From NCBI GenBank assembly GCA_964594845.1, contig CAZQOO010000002.1, positions 2,819-66,818 of the forward strand: a DNA stretch of 64,000 nt, read 5' to 3'. The stretch is from an uncultured Porphyrobacter sp. (GTDB lineage Bacteria > Pseudomonadota > Alphaproteobacteria > Sphingomonadales > Sphingomonadaceae). Position numbers and translations under genes: made by a program. Below are positions 18,300 through 28,511 of the stretch, piece by piece (positions within the stretch are counted from its first letter, which is position 1; every line of letters starts with the position of its first letter). The notes below the pieces were generated by a model that saw nothing but the letters and a program-made list of their open reading frames with translations, had not been told where the DNA came from and searched no databases.

Positions 18300-20476
18300 G
18301 CAACAAGCTGTCCCTGCTGGTGAACTTCGTCGGCGTCGACAAGATGTCCGGGTCGCTGCGCAACATCATGAAGCTGGGGCGGCAGGGCTCGCGGTCTCTG
18401 GGCGAGCTGCGCGGGGAAGGGCGCAAACTCGAAACCCAGCTGCGCCAGGTGCGCAACGAATTGTCGGGCGCTGCCGGCAACATCACCGAACTCGCCAACC
18501 GCGAGCGCCAGCTCGAACGGGCGATCGAGGGCGTCAATGCCGAAATGGCGGAACGCAAGCGGCTCTACGCGATCGAGGCGGGTCACCGTGCCCAGATTGC
18601 CAAGGCGGACGCTCTGCAGCAGCGCGGGCGCGACAACATGGTGCAGGGCGCCGCGCTGGCCGCGCCCCTGATCCTGGCCGCGAAAGCCGCCGGCGACTTT
18701 TCCAGCGGCATGGTCGACATCCAGCAGAAGATGGGGCTGACCAACACCCAGACCGACGCGCTGAGCAAGCGGATCATCACCATGGCCGACAGGGCCAGAC
18801 TGATGCCCGAAGACATGCGGGCCGGGCTCGACATGCTGGGCGGGCTCGGCGGGTTGACACTGCAGCAGATCGAAGCCGCGATGGCACCGGCAGGCCGCCT
18901 TGCGACCGCGTTCAAGGTCGAACTGCCCGATGCCGCGGCCGCCGCGCATGCCAGCATCACCAACCTCAAGGTGCCCGCATCCCAGACCGCAGCGGCGTTC
19001 GATGCCATGGCCGCTGCCGGCAACGAAGGCGGGTTCGAGGTGAAGGACATGGCCCGCCACTTCCCCGCGCTGACCGCACAGATGCGGGCGCTGGGCGACA
19101 CCGGCGTTCCTGCCGTGGCCGATCTGTCTGCCGCGCTGCAGATCGTCCGCAAAAGCTCTGGCGATGCCGACGAAGCGGGCAACAACGTCAAGAACCTGCT
19201 GGCCAAGATCAACGCGCCGGCCACCGTCCGGGCCTTCCAGAAGAACTTCGGGGTCGATCTGCCCAAGGCCATGCAGAAGCTGACCAGCGAGGGGAAAACC
19301 TCGCTCGAAGCGATTGCCATGATCACCCAGCAGGCGACCGGCGGCGATCTCAAGAAACTGGGCTTCGCGTTCGAAGACATGCAGGCGCAATCTGCCCTGC
19401 GCGGCCTGATCCTCGATCTCGATGAATATCGCGCGATTCGCGCCAAGGCGATGCAATCGGGTGGCACGGTGGATGCGGCCTTCGACCAGCGGGTGCTGCG
19501 CGATGCCAATGTGAGCTGGCAGGCCTTTATGGGCAGTGTGCAAGGGCTGGCGATCACGCTCGGCACCACGCTGCTGCCAGTGCTGACCAGCACCTTCGAT
19601 CAGATTCACGCTGTGATGAAGGCAGTGTCGGCATGGGCGCAGGCCAACCCCGAAGCCGCGGGCACGCTGATCAAGATCGTCGGCGGGCTCGCGGTGTTCA
19701 AGGTCGGGCTGGGCGCGGCGCAGATCGCGATCGGCGGCTTCATGAAACCGATGGCGGGCTTGCACAGTGTCGTGATGAAGATGGGCGGTTACGGCACCGT
19801 CTTTACCACCCTTCGGACCGCAGTGATGTTCATGGCCAGCGGCTTCATGAAGGCTGGACTCATGATGCTCGCCAACCCGATCATCGCGCTGATCGTCGCG
19901 ATCGTCGCTGCCTTGGCCTTCGCCGGGTACATGATCTACACCCACTGGGACACGATCAAGGCGGCGTTTCTGGCGGGCTGGGACTACGTCAAGAACCTGA
20001 TGTCGGGCGCAGGCACCTGGCTGACCAATATCGGCAAGCAGATGATGCAGGGTCTGCTGCTGGCGATCAATCCGCTGGCGCTCGCGCAGAAGCTGATTTC
20101 GGTCGCCAAGATCGGGATCGATGCTTTCAAGAAGTATCTTGGCATCAAGTCGCCTTCGCGGGTGTTCATGGGGCTGGGTGAACACACGGCAGAAGGCATG
20201 GCGATCGGCCTGCAGCGCGGCGAGAAGGGCGTGCTGGGCGCGGCAGGGCGCATGGCGACCGGAATGATCGCCGCCGGATCGGTAGCGGCCTCGCCCGCCA
20301 TGGCAGGTGCAGGGCCGGGCAGCACCGGGCCGGGCAGCAGCAGCGCCCCCATGAACGTTACCATCAACATCACCCAGCTGCCGGGGCAGGATGCTACCGC
20401 ACTGGCCGAAGAGGTGCGCCGCCAGCTCGAACGGATGGCCGGACAGGCAGCGCGCAGTTCCTACAGCGACGGGTAA
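18296..20476 (+). CDS. Tail tape measure protein
   Basis: 726 aa Ala-rich helical protein, GGFEVKDMARHFP, LGIKSPSRVF. Confidence 0.93.
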   Translation: MSNKLSLLVNFVGVDKMSGSLRNIMKLGRQGSRSLGELRGEGRKLETQLRQVRNELSGAAGNITELANRERQLERAIEGVNAEMAERKRLYAIEAGHRAQIAKADALQQRGRDNMVQGAALAAPLILAAKAAGDFSSGMVDIQQKMGLTNTQTDALSKRIITMADRARLMPEDMRAGLDMLGGLGGLTLQQIEAAMAPAGRLATAFKVELPDAAAAAHASITNLKVPASQTAAAFDAMAAAGNEGGFEVKDMARHFPALTAQMRALGDTGVPAVADLSAALQIVRKSSGDADEAGNNVKNLLAKINAPATVRAFQKNFGVDLPKAMQKLTSEGKTSLEAIAMITQQATGGDLKKLGFAFEDMQAQSALRGLILDLDEYRAIRAKAMQSGGTVDAAFDQRVLRDANVSWQAFMGSVQGLAITLGTTLLPVLTSTFDQIHAVMKAVSAWAQANPEAAGTLIKIVGGLAVFKVGLGAAQIAIGGFMKPMAGLHSVVMKMGGYGTVFTTLRTAVMFMASGFMKAGLMMLANPIIALIVAIVAALAFAGYMIYTHWDTIKAAFLAGWDYVKNLMSGAGTWLTNIGKQMMQGLLLAINPLALAQKLISVAKIGIDAFKKYLGIKSPSRVFMGLGEHTAEGMAIGLQRGEKGVLGAAGRMATGMIAAGSVAASPAMAGAGPGSTGPGSSSAPMNVTINITQLPGQDATALAEEVRRQLERMAGQAARSSYSDG

Positions 20477-20482
20477 ACCACC

Positions 20483-20929
20483 ATGGCAAGCGCACCTCTC
20501 ACTTCGTCCCGCGAGCTGATGACGCTGGGCATGTTCGTCTTCAGCGTCGAAACCGCGCTCTACGACGCGCTGACCCGCAGCCGCGAATGGCGCCATGCCA
20601 CCGCAGAACGGTTCGGGGCGCGGGCTGCTGCGCAGTTTGTCGGCCCGGGCAACGATGTGATCAGCATTTCCGGGCGGATCATCCCCGAATTCGCCGGTTC
20701 CTACAGCGCGCTGGAAACGCTGGCCGACATGGCAGCGACCGGCGACAACTGGCCGCTGATCGACGGGCTGGGGCGCATCCTTGGCCATTTCCGGATTGTC
20801 CGGCTTGATGAAGACCAGGCGGTGATCATGGCGGGTGGCCTGCCCCGGCAGGTGGCGTTCCGGATCGAACTGGAACGCGACGATGATGATCTGGATGCGC
20901 TGGGGCTGATCCCGGCCAGCGGTGCCTGA
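20483..20929 (+). CDS. Tail protein U
   Basis: LMTLGMFVF, QFVGPG, WPLIDG. Confidence 0.9.
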   Translation: MASAPLTSSRELMTLGMFVFSVETALYDALTRSREWRHATAERFGARAAAQFVGPGNDVISISGRIIPEFAGSYSALETLADMAATGDNWPLIDGLGRILGHFRIVRLDEDQAVIMAGGLPRQVAFRIELERDDDDLDALGLIPASGA

Positions 20930-21981
20930 TGGTTGCCCGCCGCGCCGGAATCGTGCTGCTGACCGAAAGCGGCCTCAACCTTGCCGACCGGATCAGCCCG
21001 CGCCTGCTGGGCCTGTCGCTTTCGGAAAAGCGCGAAGACGATGCCGATGAGCTGAACCTCACCCTGTCCAACACCGATGGCGCGCTGGCGATCCCGCGCA
21101 GCGGTGTGCGCCTGTCGCTGGCGATGGGCTGGGAAAGCGGGGCGGACGTGCCGCTTGGCCTGGTCGACAAGGGCAGCTTCACAGTCGATGAAATCGAGCT
21201 TTCGGGGGAACCGGAAGTGATCTCGATCCGGGCGCGCAGTGCCGATCTGACCGGCGCGCTGCGCAAGCGCGAAACCCGCACCTGGCGCGACACCACGCTG
21301 GGCAGCATGCTGGGCGAAATCGCCGCCCGCCACAGCCGCCAGCTTCAGGTCGCACCCGATCTGGCGCAGCGCACGATCGATGTGATCGAACAGGAAGGCA
21401 AAAGCGACATGGCCTTCGTGCGGGATCTGGGGAAGCGGTATGATGCGGTGGCGACGTGGAAGGACAACTTCCTGCTGTTCCTGCCGATCGGCAGTTCGGC
21501 CACCGCCGGCGGCACCGCGCTGCCCCGCGTGATCATCACCCGCCGCGATGGCTGGTCGTGGACCTTCCGCGAAGGCCAGCGCGAAAACTACAAGGGGGCA
21601 GAGGCGCAGTGGTACGATGCCGATTCCGGCCGCCGCCGCACGGTGAAGGTGGATGGGCCAGCAACCCCGACCGAACCTGCCGAAGATGGCGAGGAACCCC
21701 GCGCCGCGCCAACCGAGCCCAAAAAACTGAAGCGGGTTTACGCCAGCGAGGCAGAAGCACGGCAGGCCGCCGAGGCAACCGCGAGCCGCGCCGCAAGGTC
21801 GCCTTACGAATTCACCTACAACATGGCGATCGCCGATCCGGCCGTGCAGCCGGACACGCCGGTGACGCTGGCGGGGTGGAATTCGCTGATCGACGGGATC
21901 GACTGGCTGGTGAAGGAAATCGAGACCAGTTTCGACGGCAGCAGCGGCATGCGCCAGCGGATCGTGCTGGAGAGCGCTTAG
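20929..21981 (+). CDS. Late control/baseplate hub protein D
   Basis: LVDKGSFTVDE, RARSADL, SDMAFVRDLG. Confidence 0.92.
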   Translation: MVARRAGIVLLTESGLNLADRISPRLLGLSLSEKREDDADELNLTLSNTDGALAIPRSGVRLSLAMGWESGADVPLGLVDKGSFTVDEIELSGEPEVISIRARSADLTGALRKRETRTWRDTTLGSMLGEIAARHSRQLQVAPDLAQRTIDVIEQEGKSDMAFVRDLGKRYDAVATWKDNFLLFLPIGSSATAGGTALPRVIITRRDGWSWTFREGQRENYKGAEAQWYDADSGRRRTVKVDGPATPTEPAEDGEEPRAAPTEPKKLKRVYASEAEARQAAEATASRAARSPYEFTYNMAIADPAVQPDTPVTLAGWNSLIDGIDWLVKEIETSFDGSSGMRQRIVLESA

Positions 21982-21985
21982 CGGG

Positions 21986-22660
21986 TCAGCCGCTGTCGCC
22001 CCAATGAATCACGCGATCGAGCCGAAAGGTTCTAACCGCTCTTCGATCAGTGCAGAAGCCTTCGAGGTATCTGCTCGTGCGCGACCAGTTACGCAGGTGA
22101 CGGTCGGTCACCTCACCGTATTCATCAGCATAGGTGAACTCTATCCACTTTCCAGCTTTCGCTTTCGGGATACCGCTCCGATCCGGCACAATCGTCGGTT
22201 GGACGCTGGCCGGGGCGTGCCGCTTCGCTTTGGCATCATTGAGCGCCGCAGTCATGCGACGGTGCGCTTGAACCTCACGACCTGCGATTTCTTCCTCGGG
22301 CTGTGGCGTTTGTGCAGCCGGCGGTATGTTCGTTGCCGGCGGTTCTGAGTCCGTCTGCTTTGCTCGCACAAGGCGAACTTGCCTCGCGGCGAGATGGGCC
22401 AAGGTCGCCAACAGCGCCCACAGAAAGATCGAGAATACGCCCGCCCCTTGTGCACTGCCCTCTTGACCGCTGTCCCCCGCAGCCTCCGGAAACGCAATCA
22501 TCGCAAGGCCGAAAAACAGCAATAAGCTGGTCATCAGTGGCAGCGAATACCAGCGCGAAGGCAGCTTTGCCGAACTAGGCGAGATGAGACAGACCACGCC
22601 CCACACCAGCCCGACGAATGACGCCAACAACGCCAGAGCTGCTGCTGCGTCCCCGTCCAC
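21986..22660 (-). CDS. Membrane protein with a C-terminal WYL-like domain (moron downstream of the repressor)
   Basis: Three N-terminal TM segments; IEFTYADEYGEVTDR...YLEGFCTDRRAVRTFRLDRV. Confidence 0.7.
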   Translation of the reverse strand: MDGDAAAALALLASFVGLVWGVVCLISPSSAKLPSRWYSLPLMTSLLLFFGLAMIAFPEAAGDSGQEGSAQGAGVFSIFLWALLATLAHLAARQVRLVRAKQTDSEPPATNIPPAAQTPQPEEEIAGREVQAHRRMTAALNDAKAKRHAPASVQPTIVPDRSGIPKAKAGKWIEFTYADEYGEVTDRHLRNWSRTSRYLEGFCTDRRAVRTFRLDRVIHWGDSG

Positions 22661-22663
22661 AGC

Positions 22664-23332
22664 CTAAACCCTTCGCCCGATCCAGATCACCCGGCCGATC
22701 GCCTGCACCTCGCCGTCATAGGCGGTGAAGTCCTTCACGTCCGGGTTGTCGCTGATGATGCGTGCTCCGCCGTCGGGCTGCATTCGCACCCGCTTGATCA
22801 TGCCGAGATCGCCATAGGCGATGCACCAGATACCATCGGCCCCGACAATGCGGGTCTGTGAGCGATCCACAACGACCGCATCACCTTCGGCAATCGTCGG
22901 CTGCATCGAGTTGCCTTTGGGATAGGTCACGAACAGCTGGTCGAAAGTGCCGCGCATGGCCGGGATAAGCCAGTTCTCCGGCACGGCCACCCGCTGGTGC
23001 TGCACATCGTCAAAGAAGGTGCCAGCCCCCATCGAATATTGAAGATCTACTTCGTCGATCAGGCGGGCACCCATGTCGCGCGCGACGTCTTCGTAATACC
23101 CGTCCGGCTCGACATGGGGATCGTCCTTCATGCCCAGCAGCCAGCCCGGATCAACGCCGAGCCGCGCGGCGATGCGGGGGAGGTAGCGGCTGTCCGTCGT
23201 GCGCCCGGTCAGAATATTGCTGATCGTGCTCTGTCCTACATTCAGGGACTTTGCGAACTGGTTGCCGCTCTCAAAACCCGCGTCGGCGATGGCCTGCTTC
23301 AGGCGGTCGATTCGGATCATGCGGCGGGGCAT
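22664..23332 (-). CDS. CI-like repressor (HTH + S24 peptidase); start may be 23320
   Basis: HTH NQFAKSLNVGQSTISNI, GNSMQPTI, IKRV, IGRVIW. Confidence 0.92.
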   Translation of the reverse strand: MPRRMIRIDRLKQAIADAGFESGNQFAKSLNVGQSTISNILTGRTTDSRYLPRIAARLGVDPGWLLGMKDDPHVEPDGYYEDVARDMGARLIDEVDLQYSMGAGTFFDDVQHQRVAVPENWLIPAMRGTFDQLFVTYPKGNSMQPTIAEGDAVVVDRSQTRIVGADGIWCIAYGDLGMIKRVRMQPDGGARIISDNPDVKDFTAYDGEVQAIGRVIWIGRRV

Positions 23333-23414
23333 GGCTCCTTTTAGACAATCGGCTATCGAATAGCGTTCCGTTTGCGATTGACACGTTATAGGATTGCGAA
23401 TAACTCTATCCGAC
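23333..23414. promoter_or_regulatory. Divergent cI/cro control region
   Basis: AT-rich; TTGACA at 23378-23383; palindrome GCTAT-CGA-ATAGC at 23352-23364; related GTTAT-N10-ATAAC at 23385-23404. Confidence 0.6.
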
Positions 23415-23774
23415 ATGACACAGCTCACCCGATTTGAAGCCCTTCAAGCCGCCTTCGCCGTCTACCGGACGCAAGAGAATATGGCTGAGGCGTTGGGGGT
23501 TACACAGCCAACGATCTGGCGCTGGCTCAACCAGTCGAAGCAGGTGCCGCCGCAACACGTCCTTCAGATCGAATACGATACCGGCGTGTCCCGCCACGAT
23601 CTGCGGCCCGACATCTACCCGCGCGAGATCATGACCGATCGCCATGTCGGTGCCCGCTTCGCCGGCGTTGACCGCCTCGCCATGATCGATCCCACCCATG
23701 CCGCCCAATCTAGCGCGCGTCAGCACGGCGTCGATTTCAATCGTGGCACTGTTTTGAAGGGGGCGGCCCGGTGA
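23415..23774 (+). CDS. Cro-like HTH regulator (YdaS-type)
   Basis: TQENMAEALGVTQPTIWRW...TGVSRHDLRPDIYP; divergent from cI. Confidence 0.88.
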   Translation: MTQLTRFEALQAAFAVYRTQENMAEALGVTQPTIWRWLNQSKQVPPQHVLQIEYDTGVSRHDLRPDIYPREIMTDRHVGARFAGVDRLAMIDPTHAAQSSARQHGVDFNRGTVLKGAAR

Positions 23775-24214
23775 CCAAGCGCCGCGAACCCCTGACTTAT
23801 CATCGTGCGCTCACCAGCATCGCCGCGCGCATCGGATGGGATCGCTGCGCCGCGATCTGCGGCGTGACTGAGCGCACCGTACGCTACTGGTCCGACCCCG
23901 ATTGCGAAACGGAAATCCGCCTTATCGATGCAGAACGCCTTGATCGCGCCTTCGTTGAGCACGGCGGCGATCACAGGCCGTTCCTTCGACTGTTCGAGCT
24001 GCGGGCGGATGTGCAATCCCGATCAGAAGATCCTGATCTCGCCACGCTGGCAGGCGAACTTGCCAAGGAATCGGGCGAGGCACTTGCCGCCACGATTGAA
24101 GCCAGCGTTCGCTCGGACTGCCCAAAGCACATGCAGCGGGCTCGGCAGGAACTGCAGGAGGCGATGGACAAGATGGCCGATTGTCTTGCGGTGCTGGGGG
24201 TCGGAAATGCCTGA
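23771..24214 (+). CDS. CII-like phage regulatory protein
   Basis: N-terminal HTH (AAICGVTERTVRYWSDPD), KESGEA helix; position after cro. Confidence 0.6.
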   Translation: MTKRREPLTYHRALTSIAARIGWDRCAAICGVTERTVRYWSDPDCETEIRLIDAERLDRAFVEHGGDHRPFLRLFELRADVQSRSEDPDLATLAGELAKESGEALAATIEASVRSDCPKHMQRARQELQEAMDKMADCLAVLGVGNA

Positions 24215-24569
24215 TCGCGCCCCGTCGCTCACCCGCCCGATGGTCGAGGCACCGCTGAAGTTCCGGTTGCAGCCGGGCGGCAAGCGCGGCGGCGATGGTT
24301 GTTTCGTGCGCTGCCCCAAGTGCGATGCGCCCGGCATGATCCGCCGGTCCGACCGCCCGACGCCCACCGTCACCCAGATGACCGTGCACTGCACCGACAG
24401 CGCCTGCGGCCACACCTGGCGGGCGGACATCGTGTTTGTTCACACGCTGGTCGAAGGGAACATCGAACGCCCCGATCTCGACCTGCCGGTCTGCCCCAAG
24501 AGCGAGCTGGTGCACGTGCGCCCGCCTTCGCGGGACGGGCCGGAGGGGCAGGAAAGCCTGTTCGACTGA
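24207..24569 (+). CDS. Ogr/Delta-like zinc-finger late activator
   Basis: CPKC...IRRS...CTDSACGHTW. Confidence 0.88.
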   Translation: MPDRAPSLTRPMVEAPLKFRLQPGGKRGGDGCFVRCPKCDAPGMIRRSDRPTPTVTQMTVHCTDSACGHTWRADIVFVHTLVEGNIERPDLDLPVCPKSELVHVRPPSRDGPEGQESLFD

Positions 24570-24648
24570 GCAGGCCGACCGCCTGCCACCACCACCCACA
24601 CCACCACCGACAACTTGGCGCGGCCACGATTGCCGCAAGGGGGACGCT

Positions 24649-24786
24649 TTGCCTTTTCCGATCCGATACCACCAGCCCGCACGGCCCCGCCCCGAACCCC
24701 TGCTTTGTGCCTTGCTGTGGTGCGCCCCCGGCCTGCTGGTCGCAGGGGCGCTGATCGGTCACCTGATCGAGGCGGCGTGGCGATGA
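24649..24786 (+). CDS. Small hypothetical membrane peptide
   Basis: TTG start after GGGGA; one TM segment; stop overlaps the next ATG. Confidence 0.4.
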   Translation: MPFPIRYHQPARPRPEPLLCALLWCAPGLLVAGALIGHLIEAAWR

Positions 24787-25016
24787 TCCCGCCGCTCGGA
24801 CTGGAGCACCACGCCGTGCTCGGCTTCATCGCCCGCTACTTTGCGGACTACGGGATTGCACCGACCTTCCGCGAGATCGCCCAGGGCACGGGCCTGTCCC
24901 GCGCATCGGTGGCATGGCGGATCGTGCAGGAACTCGAAGCGCACGGAAAGCTGCGCACCGGCAAGGGCAAGAGCCGTTCGATCGAGCTGCTCGAACCTGT
25001 GGCAGGTGTGGCATGA
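24783..25016 (+). CDS. LexA DNA-binding-domain-like winged-helix protein
   Basis: VLGFIARY....GIAPTFREIA..TGL.....LEAHG.L......RSIEL. Confidence 0.8.
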   Translation: MIPPLGLEHHAVLGFIARYFADYGIAPTFREIAQGTGLSRASVAWRIVQELEAHGKLRTGKGKSRSIELLEPVAGVA

Positions 25017-25315
25017 ACGGCTTCAGCCCCGGCGACCGCGTTCTGTTCCGCGATGGCGACCGTTTCTGTGTCGCGAAGGTCGATCTGGTCAAGGATCGCC
25101 ACCTGACCGCCTTCCCGTTCGACACGGCGCGCCGTGCCTGGTCGCGCAAGAACCGCCGGATCGCTGCCAGCTTCGTGATCGGCAAGCTTCCCCCGCGTGA
25201 GAATGCCGACCGCATCGCCGAAAGGATCAACCGTCTCACCAACGAGCGCGAGGCGCTGCGCCAGAAGGCCAACCGCTGGTTGGAAGACAAGATCCGGGAG
25301 CTTGCTGTCCTGTGA
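25013..25315 (+). CDS. Hypothetical phage protein
   Basis: Overlapping start and stop codons with both neighbours; phage-like codon use. Confidence 0.65.
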   Translation: MNGFSPGDRVLFRDGDRFCVAKVDLVKDRHLTAFPFDTARRAWSRKNRRIAASFVIGKLPPRENADRIAERINRLTNEREALRQKANRWLEDKIRELAVL

Positions 25316-27963
25316 GCCTGCAAGACGAAATCATGAAGGGCCTGCAGGCCCGCTTCCAGTTCCGCAAGACCAAGGGCGACTGGCTACAGGAAGGCACCTG
25401 CCCGCAATGCGGCAAGCGCGAGGCGTACTGCGCCGCGAACGAGCCCAAGATCGTGCGCTGCGGCCGGGCCGAGCGGTGCGGGTGGGAAGACACCGTCCGC
25501 AACCTGCTCCCCGACCTGTTCGAAGACTGGTCGAAGAACCACCGGCCCACCCCCGAAAATCCCAACGCCAGCGCCGATGCCTACCTGCAATATGAACGCG
25601 GGCTCGATCTGCGGCTTTTGCGCGGGCTCTATTCGCAGGAGCTGTTCAAGGATTTCGAGACCGGCCAGACCTCTGCCACGATCCGCTTCCCGATCGGTGA
25701 CAGCTATTGGGAACGCATCATCGACCGGCCCGGCCGCTTCAAGAAGAAGGCCCACTTCCGCAAGGGTGGCAACTGGGGCGGGCATTGCTGGATGCCCAAC
25801 GGCACCACCTTCGAAACACTCGCCAAGGCGGACGAAGTGTGGATCGCCGAAGGGATATTCGATGCCACCGCGCTAACCCAGGGCGCGAAGCTCGCCGCGG
25901 TCTCGAGCATGTCGGTCAATCCCTGGCCGGAACACTTCCTCGGCCAGCTGGCCAAGGCCTGTCTCGAAAGCGGGCGGCGCGATCGGCCGAGGCTGGTTTT
26001 CGCCTTCGACGTCGGCAGCGCTGGCGTGTTCTATGCCAAGAAGCACATCGAGCGGGCAAAGCGCGAAGGCTGGGAAGCCACCGCCGCGCAGGTGCGCCCC
26101 GATGGCGAGGGCACCAAGCTCGACTGGAACGATCTGCTGCTGCGCCACCAGAGCTGGAAGGGCGCGCCCGAGGACGCCCCGCTCGCCCCGGCGGCGATCG
26201 AGGAATACCTCTACAACGGCAAGATCACGGTCGCCGCCACCCCGCGCGAGAAAGCCAAGCTGATCGTGCAGCGCAATCCGGCGCGGTCATCGTTCCACTT
26301 CCGCCACGGCAACCGCATGTTCTGGTGCCGGGTCAAGCTGGACGATGACGGCAAGCCCGAGATCGACACACACGAAATCTGCAACTGCGCCTGGCGCATC
26401 CTTTATCGCGAATACGACAAGGTTGAAGATCAGGCGCAATTCTTCCTGCAGATCGACTTCCCCTACGGCGAGGAAACCGAGCGCGCGCGCTTTAGCGCGG
26501 CGGCGATGACCAACGCGGCCGAGTTCAAGAAACGGCTGATGACCTTCGCCGGATCATGGTCTGGCACCACCGAGCAGCTCGACGTGATCGCCAAGTCGCA
26601 GATGCGGCACCTCAAGAAGATCGAGCCGGTGAAGGTGCTGGGCTATTCGCGCAAGCACGCCGCCTGGCTGCTCGGCGATATCGCCGTGCACAAGGGCCGC
26701 GTGGTCGAGCCGAACCGGGAAGAATACTTCGAGTTCGGCAAGCTTTCGGCCAAGCTCGCCAGCCCGGAACGGCCCCTGGTGATCAGTTATGATCCCGACC
26801 GGATAGTCGGCGATTGGCTCGATGATCTGTGGACCGCTTACGGCCCGCGTGGCGTGGTTGTGCTTTCGTTTTTCATCATGTCGCTGTTCGCCGTGCAGAT
26901 CCGGCTTCGGCAGGAATCTCTCGGCTTCCTTGAAATCACCGGCCTTCCCGGCACGGGCAAGACGACGCTGGTGGAATCGCTTTGGCGGCTGTTCGGCCGC
27001 GACGAATACGAGGGGCTCGATCCTGCTGGCACAACTGCGGCAGGCCTGGCGCGCGAGCTGGTGAAGGTTTCCAACCTTCCCGTTGGCCTGATCGAAAGCA
27101 CCCGCGACGAAGAAAAGAGCCACGCGAAGAAGTTCGACCCCAACGAATTGCTGGTGCTGTTCAACGGTCGCTCGCCACGAACGGTCGGGCGGCGGACCGG
27201 CGGTTATGAGACCGACAGTCAGCCTTTCCAGGGCGGGCTCTACCTCATGCAGAACGAGCGGATATCGGGCACCCCGGCGGTGCTGCAGCGCCTGATGTCG
27301 CTGCACTTCGACAAGGCGCACTTCAGCGATGCTGGACGTTTCGCCGCTGAGAGGTTCAAGCAAGCCCCGCTGGCGGATGTATCAGGCACGATCATCCATG
27401 TGATCCGCAAGGAAGATGCCTGGCTGGAACTCCACCACAAGCGTTTCCTGCACCATTTTGCCGAGATCCGGAATCGCGTTCGCGGCCTCAAGGAACAGCG
27501 CATTGCCCGCAACCACAGCCAGCTGGCGGCTGCGGTCGAATGCCTGCCGCTGCTGTTCGGCAACATGCGGCCCGAATGGGTGGCCGAGGCGCTGAAGCTG
27601 ATCGACGTCATGGCGCTGGATCGCGAACAATCGATCGAGGGCGATCACCCGGTTGTGTCGGCGTTCTGGGAGAACGTCGACTGGCTGATTGGGCGCGAGA
27701 GCGAGAACGACCGAGCGCTGGGCAAGAGCCTCAACCGGCACCGCAAGCCCGAAGAATTCATCGCGATCAACCTCCCCGATTATGAATCGCGGTGCCGCAA
27801 CGCCGGGCTGAGTGCGCCGGATATCGACAAGCTTAAGAAGCACCTGCGCGGATCGAAATCGCGCAAGTGGCTGGCATCCAAACCGATCAACTCGGCGGAT
27901 GGGAAGACCCAGCAGTGTTGGGTATTCAAGGTTCCGACCGACCAGAAGGGGCCCTTCGTATGA
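25312..27963 (+). CDS. Phage primase-helicase (Zn finger + toprim + P-loop NTPase)
   Basis: CPQC..C..C, WIAEGIFDA, AFD, KLDWNDL, Walker A GLPGTGKT. Confidence 0.9.
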   Translation: MSLQDEIMKGLQARFQFRKTKGDWLQEGTCPQCGKREAYCAANEPKIVRCGRAERCGWEDTVRNLLPDLFEDWSKNHRPTPENPNASADAYLQYERGLDLRLLRGLYSQELFKDFETGQTSATIRFPIGDSYWERIIDRPGRFKKKAHFRKGGNWGGHCWMPNGTTFETLAKADEVWIAEGIFDATALTQGAKLAAVSSMSVNPWPEHFLGQLAKACLESGRRDRPRLVFAFDVGSAGVFYAKKHIERAKREGWEATAAQVRPDGEGTKLDWNDLLLRHQSWKGAPEDAPLAPAAIEEYLYNGKITVAATPREKAKLIVQRNPARSSFHFRHGNRMFWCRVKLDDDGKPEIDTHEICNCAWRILYREYDKVEDQAQFFLQIDFPYGEETERARFSAAAMTNAAEFKKRLMTFAGSWSGTTEQLDVIAKSQMRHLKKIEPVKVLGYSRKHAAWLLGDIAVHKGRVVEPNREEYFEFGKLSAKLASPERPLVISYDPDRIVGDWLDDLWTAYGPRGVVVLSFFIMSLFAVQIRLRQESLGFLEITGLPGTGKTTLVESLWRLFGRDEYEGLDPAGTTAAGLARELVKVSNLPVGLIESTRDEEKSHAKKFDPNELLVLFNGRSPRTVGRRTGGYETDSQPFQGGLYLMQNERISGTPAVLQRLMSLHFDKAHFSDAGRFAAERFKQAPLADVSGTIIHVIRKEDAWLELHHKRFLHHFAEIRNRVRGLKEQRIARNHSQLAAAVECLPLLFGNMRPEWVAEALKLIDVMALDREQSIEGDHPVVSAFWENVDWLIGRESENDRALGKSLNRHRKPEEFIAINLPDYESRCRNAGLSAPDIDKLKKHLRGSKSRKWLASKPINSADGKTQQCWVFKVPTDQKGPFV

Positions 27964-28511
27964 GCCGCGCCTTCGCCGCCCGCCCCACCGGGCGCTGGTC
28001 TTCGCCGTCGATCGACGACACGGTCGGCCCGAATGAACGCCGCTGGCCTGCCACGGGCCGCCCGGCGATCATCCTTCCCGAACCCCCGCCGGCATGGCGC
28101 AACTTCGGCGACCTCCGGCGGATGGCCCAAACCATGCTGGCGAGCCGCCAGCAGAGCTTCCCCAAGCGTGTGGCCGCCGGCGAGATGGCCGCAGAGGCCG
28201 CTGCCTGCGAGCTGCGAGCCTTTGCCGATCTGGTGCGCGATTGGGAGTTCATCTGCGACGGCGATGGACAGCCTGCCAGCCCTGCCAGCGAACAGGCGCG
28301 CCGCGACGCGCTCGACCAGGCGATTGACCGCATCGCTGCCTACGCCGCCGAGCATGGCGGTTTCTCAGACCAGCTCGAAGACCAGGCGCATCGGGTGATC
28401 GCGCTGCGCTGGCACCTCGAACCCGGGCGGCGGACGGTCGCCATGGCCCGCCTCACCCACGAACTGCGGGCCGAGGCCCGCGCCAGCAAGGGAGAACCCC
28501 AGCATGCGTAA
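27960..28511 (+). CDS. Hypothetical phage protein
   Basis: ATGA overlap; R...FPKRVAAGEM motif. Confidence 0.65.
   Translation: MSRAFAARPTGRWSSPSIDDTVGPNERRWPATGRPAIILPEPPPAWRNFGDLRRMAQTMLASRQQSFPKRVAAGEMAAEAAACELRAFADLVRDWEFICDGDGQPASPASEQARRDALDQAIDRIAAYAAEHGGFSDQLEDQAHRVIALRWHLEPGRRTVAMARLTHELRAEARASKGEPQHA

Noticed and set aside
24570-24648. CCACCA-rich tract as a replication origin or repeat element
   Set aside because: Short low-complexity run with no clear iterons or AT-rich unwinding region.
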